Below are positions 62,435-64,000 of a stretch of DNA of 64,000 bases, in pieces. Position numbers and translations under genes: made by a program. The DNA comes from an uncultured Mycoplasma sp. GTDB taxonomy: Bacteria > Bacillota_I > Bacilli_A > RF39 > UBA660. Under the pieces are notes generated by a model. It made no database searches. It was not told the origin of the DNA and worked only from the letters and a program-made list of their open reading frames with translations. Positions within the stretch are counted from its first letter, which is position 1. The number at the start of each line of letters is the position of its first letter. The stretch lies in the NCBI GenBank assembly GCA_945915275.1, contig CAMEEZ010000002.1, forward strand, positions 190 to 64,189, written 5' to 3'.

Positions 62435-63133
62435 TTATTTCTTTGATTGTTTTAAATTCATAATAATTAGAATAAATACTATAACACCAAGACCAATAAT
62501 AATCAAATTAATATTTTTAGGATTATTTACCGCATTATTTACTACAGCCCCTGTTAAAAAATAATCACTACAATGATCTATTGTAAATTCGACATATCCA
62601 TCAGATACTTTTAAACCTTTTTCTATAAACTCTATTTGATCTTCATCTGGATTATAATAATATAAGTATAGTTTCTCGTTATCTTTAAATTTATCTCTTA
62701 CATTTATTCTTACTGTCGCACGAGTTGGAAGTTTACCATGGTGGTCAAATGATACAATTAATTTCTTTTGGTTTACTTTATCTTCAATTTTATTAGCACC
62801 ATCTGTATCACTATCTAAACTTAAGCGTAAATTAATATCTAAAATCAAATTTTCTTTGACCGGATTATTTTTTTCATCTGTTTTTTCAAATTGCCAAGAA
62901 TACGTAAGAGATCTTTCATAATCCTCAACGATATAAAAAATATAGTTGCTACTTTCCGATTTATATATTTCTACATCAGTATTATTTATAAGAACTTCAT
63001 TATTTATTAAAGAGCTAGCATTTTTATCATCTTTAGAAGTTAGATCGTTGATAGTAAAAACTAAAACAGTAACTACAATACATAATAATAACGTTATTGA
63101 AAGCAAAATTATGTTATTAGTTTTTTTCATCAA
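62435..63133 (-). CDS. Hypothetical protein with N- and C-terminal TM helices.
   Basis: 232-aa ORF upstream of obg. Confidence 0.4.
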   Translation of the reverse strand: MMKKTNNIILLSITLLLCIVVTVLVFTINDLTSKDDKNASSLINNEVLINNTDVEIYKSESSNYIFYIVEDYERSLTYSWQFEKTDEKNNPVKENLILDINLRLSLDSDTDGANKIEDKVNQKKLIVSFDHHGKLPTRATVRINVRDKFKDNEKLYLYYYNPDEDQIEFIEKGLKVSDGYVEFTIDHCSDYFLTGAVVNNAVNNPKNINLIIIGLGVIVFILIIMNLKQSKK

Positions 63134-63154
63134 AAACTCTCCCTTCTTATTTTT

Positions 63155-63832
63155 TTATAAACCTAGTAATAAAATTGTTAATGGTATTAAATTATAAGTA
63201 AATTTAATTAATGATAATAATATTATGTTATCATTGTTTTTTAAATATGCGATTGACCAGAAAATAGCTGGCAAGAAATTCGTTAATATTCCTAAAACAG
63301 CTGCACCTTCAGTAAACCCTACAAATATGGTATTCATAAAAGTATAAACCACTGATGAAATTAGTACAAACAAAAAATTATTTTTAACATTATCTCTAAT
63401 TGACTCTCGATAAAGTATTTCCTCAACAAGAGTTCCAAAAATCATAATTTTAAATATTGTATACCATGTTGATATACTATACAAATTATATATAGCGGCA
63501 TTATTAGCATCATTATTTTGATTTGGGAAAATAATTTCGGTTATAAACCCACAGACTATAACAAATACAAATACTAATGCCACCCATTTTAATATTGTCA
63601 AAATCAAGTTTTTTAAAGACAATTTTTTTGTTTTTTTAAAATCTGATTTTAAATTTTTACGATATGTATAAATTACAAAAGCAGAAAAAATTATATCACC
63701 AATAAAACTTGCTAAAATATTATCACCTATACCAAGCATGCCAAATAAGCTACTGGCATACATTGTATAAGCAAAATATACAAAAAAAACTAAAAACAGT
63801 TTCATAAGTTTATCTTTTTTCATATATATCAC
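63155..63832 (-). CDS. CPBP-family (CAAX protease / Abi) intramembrane metalloprotease.
   Basis: EEILYRESIRDN motif (EExxxR), polytopic. Confidence 0.6.
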   Translation of the reverse strand: MIYMKKDKLMKLFLVFFVYFAYTMYASSLFGMLGIGDNILASFIGDIIFSAFVIYTYRKNLKSDFKKTKKLSLKNLILTILKWVALVFVFVIVCGFITEIIFPNQNNDANNAAIYNLYSISTWYTIFKIMIFGTLVEEILYRESIRDNVKNNFLFVLISSVVYTFMNTIFVGFTEGAAVLGILTNFLPAIFWSIAYLKNNDNIILLSLIKFTYNLIPLTILLLGL

Positions 63833-63913
63833 CTACTATAATTTGAGTATATCATATATTAAAAATTTTCAAAAGAACGAGTAAATACTTTTACGTTTTT
63901 TGACAAGAAAAAA

Positions 63914-63929
63914 GGCTCTTTTCAGAGCC
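63914..63929 (-). terminator. Rho-independent terminator acting on the minus strand.
   Basis: GGCTCT-tttc-AGAGCC hairpin, followed on the minus strand by TTTTTTCTT. Confidence 0.5.
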
Positions 63930-64000
63930 AATTTAATTTTTTAGAAGAATTTTCTTAACCAAGCCCACATATTTCAACCTCTCCTTTCATTCACTACCCT

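Noticed and set aside
61458-62564. Plus-strand ORFs 61458-61724 and 62178-62564 opposite obg.
   Set aside because: Antisense to obg, which has unmistakable GTPase motifs.

Overview
This is a 64 kb, very AT-rich (~26-27% GC) chromosomal segment read with the standard genetic code. It looks like a spore-forming low-GC Firmicute, because it carries pro-sigma-K and SpoVB homologues alongside DivIVA and SepF. Most of the window is housekeeping, and its gene order resembles the Bacillus subtilis ruvAB-queA-tgt ... relA-dtd-hisS-aspS-yrvM-yrvN-...-mnmA neighbourhood.

Features found, in window order:
- A P-type cation ATPase.
- ruvA-tdk-ruvB-folD-glyA-thyX-tmk-queA, an anonymous gene on the opposite strand, tgt, spoVB, a long RSH (relA/spoT family) and dtd.
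- A T-box leader, then hisS and asnS.
- tcdA, rarA, xerD, nagZ, a ZIP transporter and mnmA.
- A PilC-like/PilD pair, then trmK-sigA-dnaG.
- A surface protein, an RnfC-like/RnfD-like pair and uvrC.
- A pair of M16 peptidases, a dGTPase-like HD protein, pro-sigK, divIVA and sepF.
- A complete Flp/Tad pilus locus (flp, two tadE-like genes, tadZ, tadA, tadB, tadC), then obg and a CPBP protease.

The most striking non-housekeeping element is a three-gene cassette at 24.6-27.5 kb, between asnS and tcdA. It is exactly where B. subtilis has aspS directly followed by yrvM. The cassette encodes a HerA/FtsK-type ATPase (DUF87-like, with an N-terminal HAS-barrel, Walker A/B and arginine finger), translationally coupled to a 131-aa unknown protein and preceded by a 191-aa unknown protein with its own promoter. 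No partner nuclease such as NurA, SIR2 or DUF4297 is present. I consider it a candidate undescribed HerA-based defence-like system.

Other points worth a second look:
- The long RSH has its hydrolase HD/ED catalytic residues substituted while its synthetase motifs are intact.
- A structured ~180-nt leader precedes tcdA.
- A degraded serine-recombinase gene sits next to a radical-SAM/SPASM, amine-dehydrogenase-like cassette at the window start.
- A frameshifted pseudogene and a truncated YigZ lie downstream of uvrC.
- The RnfC-like/RnfD-like pair is isolated from any rnf operon, and the RnfC-like protein has ECEP replaced by DSEP.
- A thymidylate-supply module (tdk, folD, glyA, thyX, tmk) is interleaved with ruvAB.

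No rRNA, tRNA or CRISPR array was recognised by eye.
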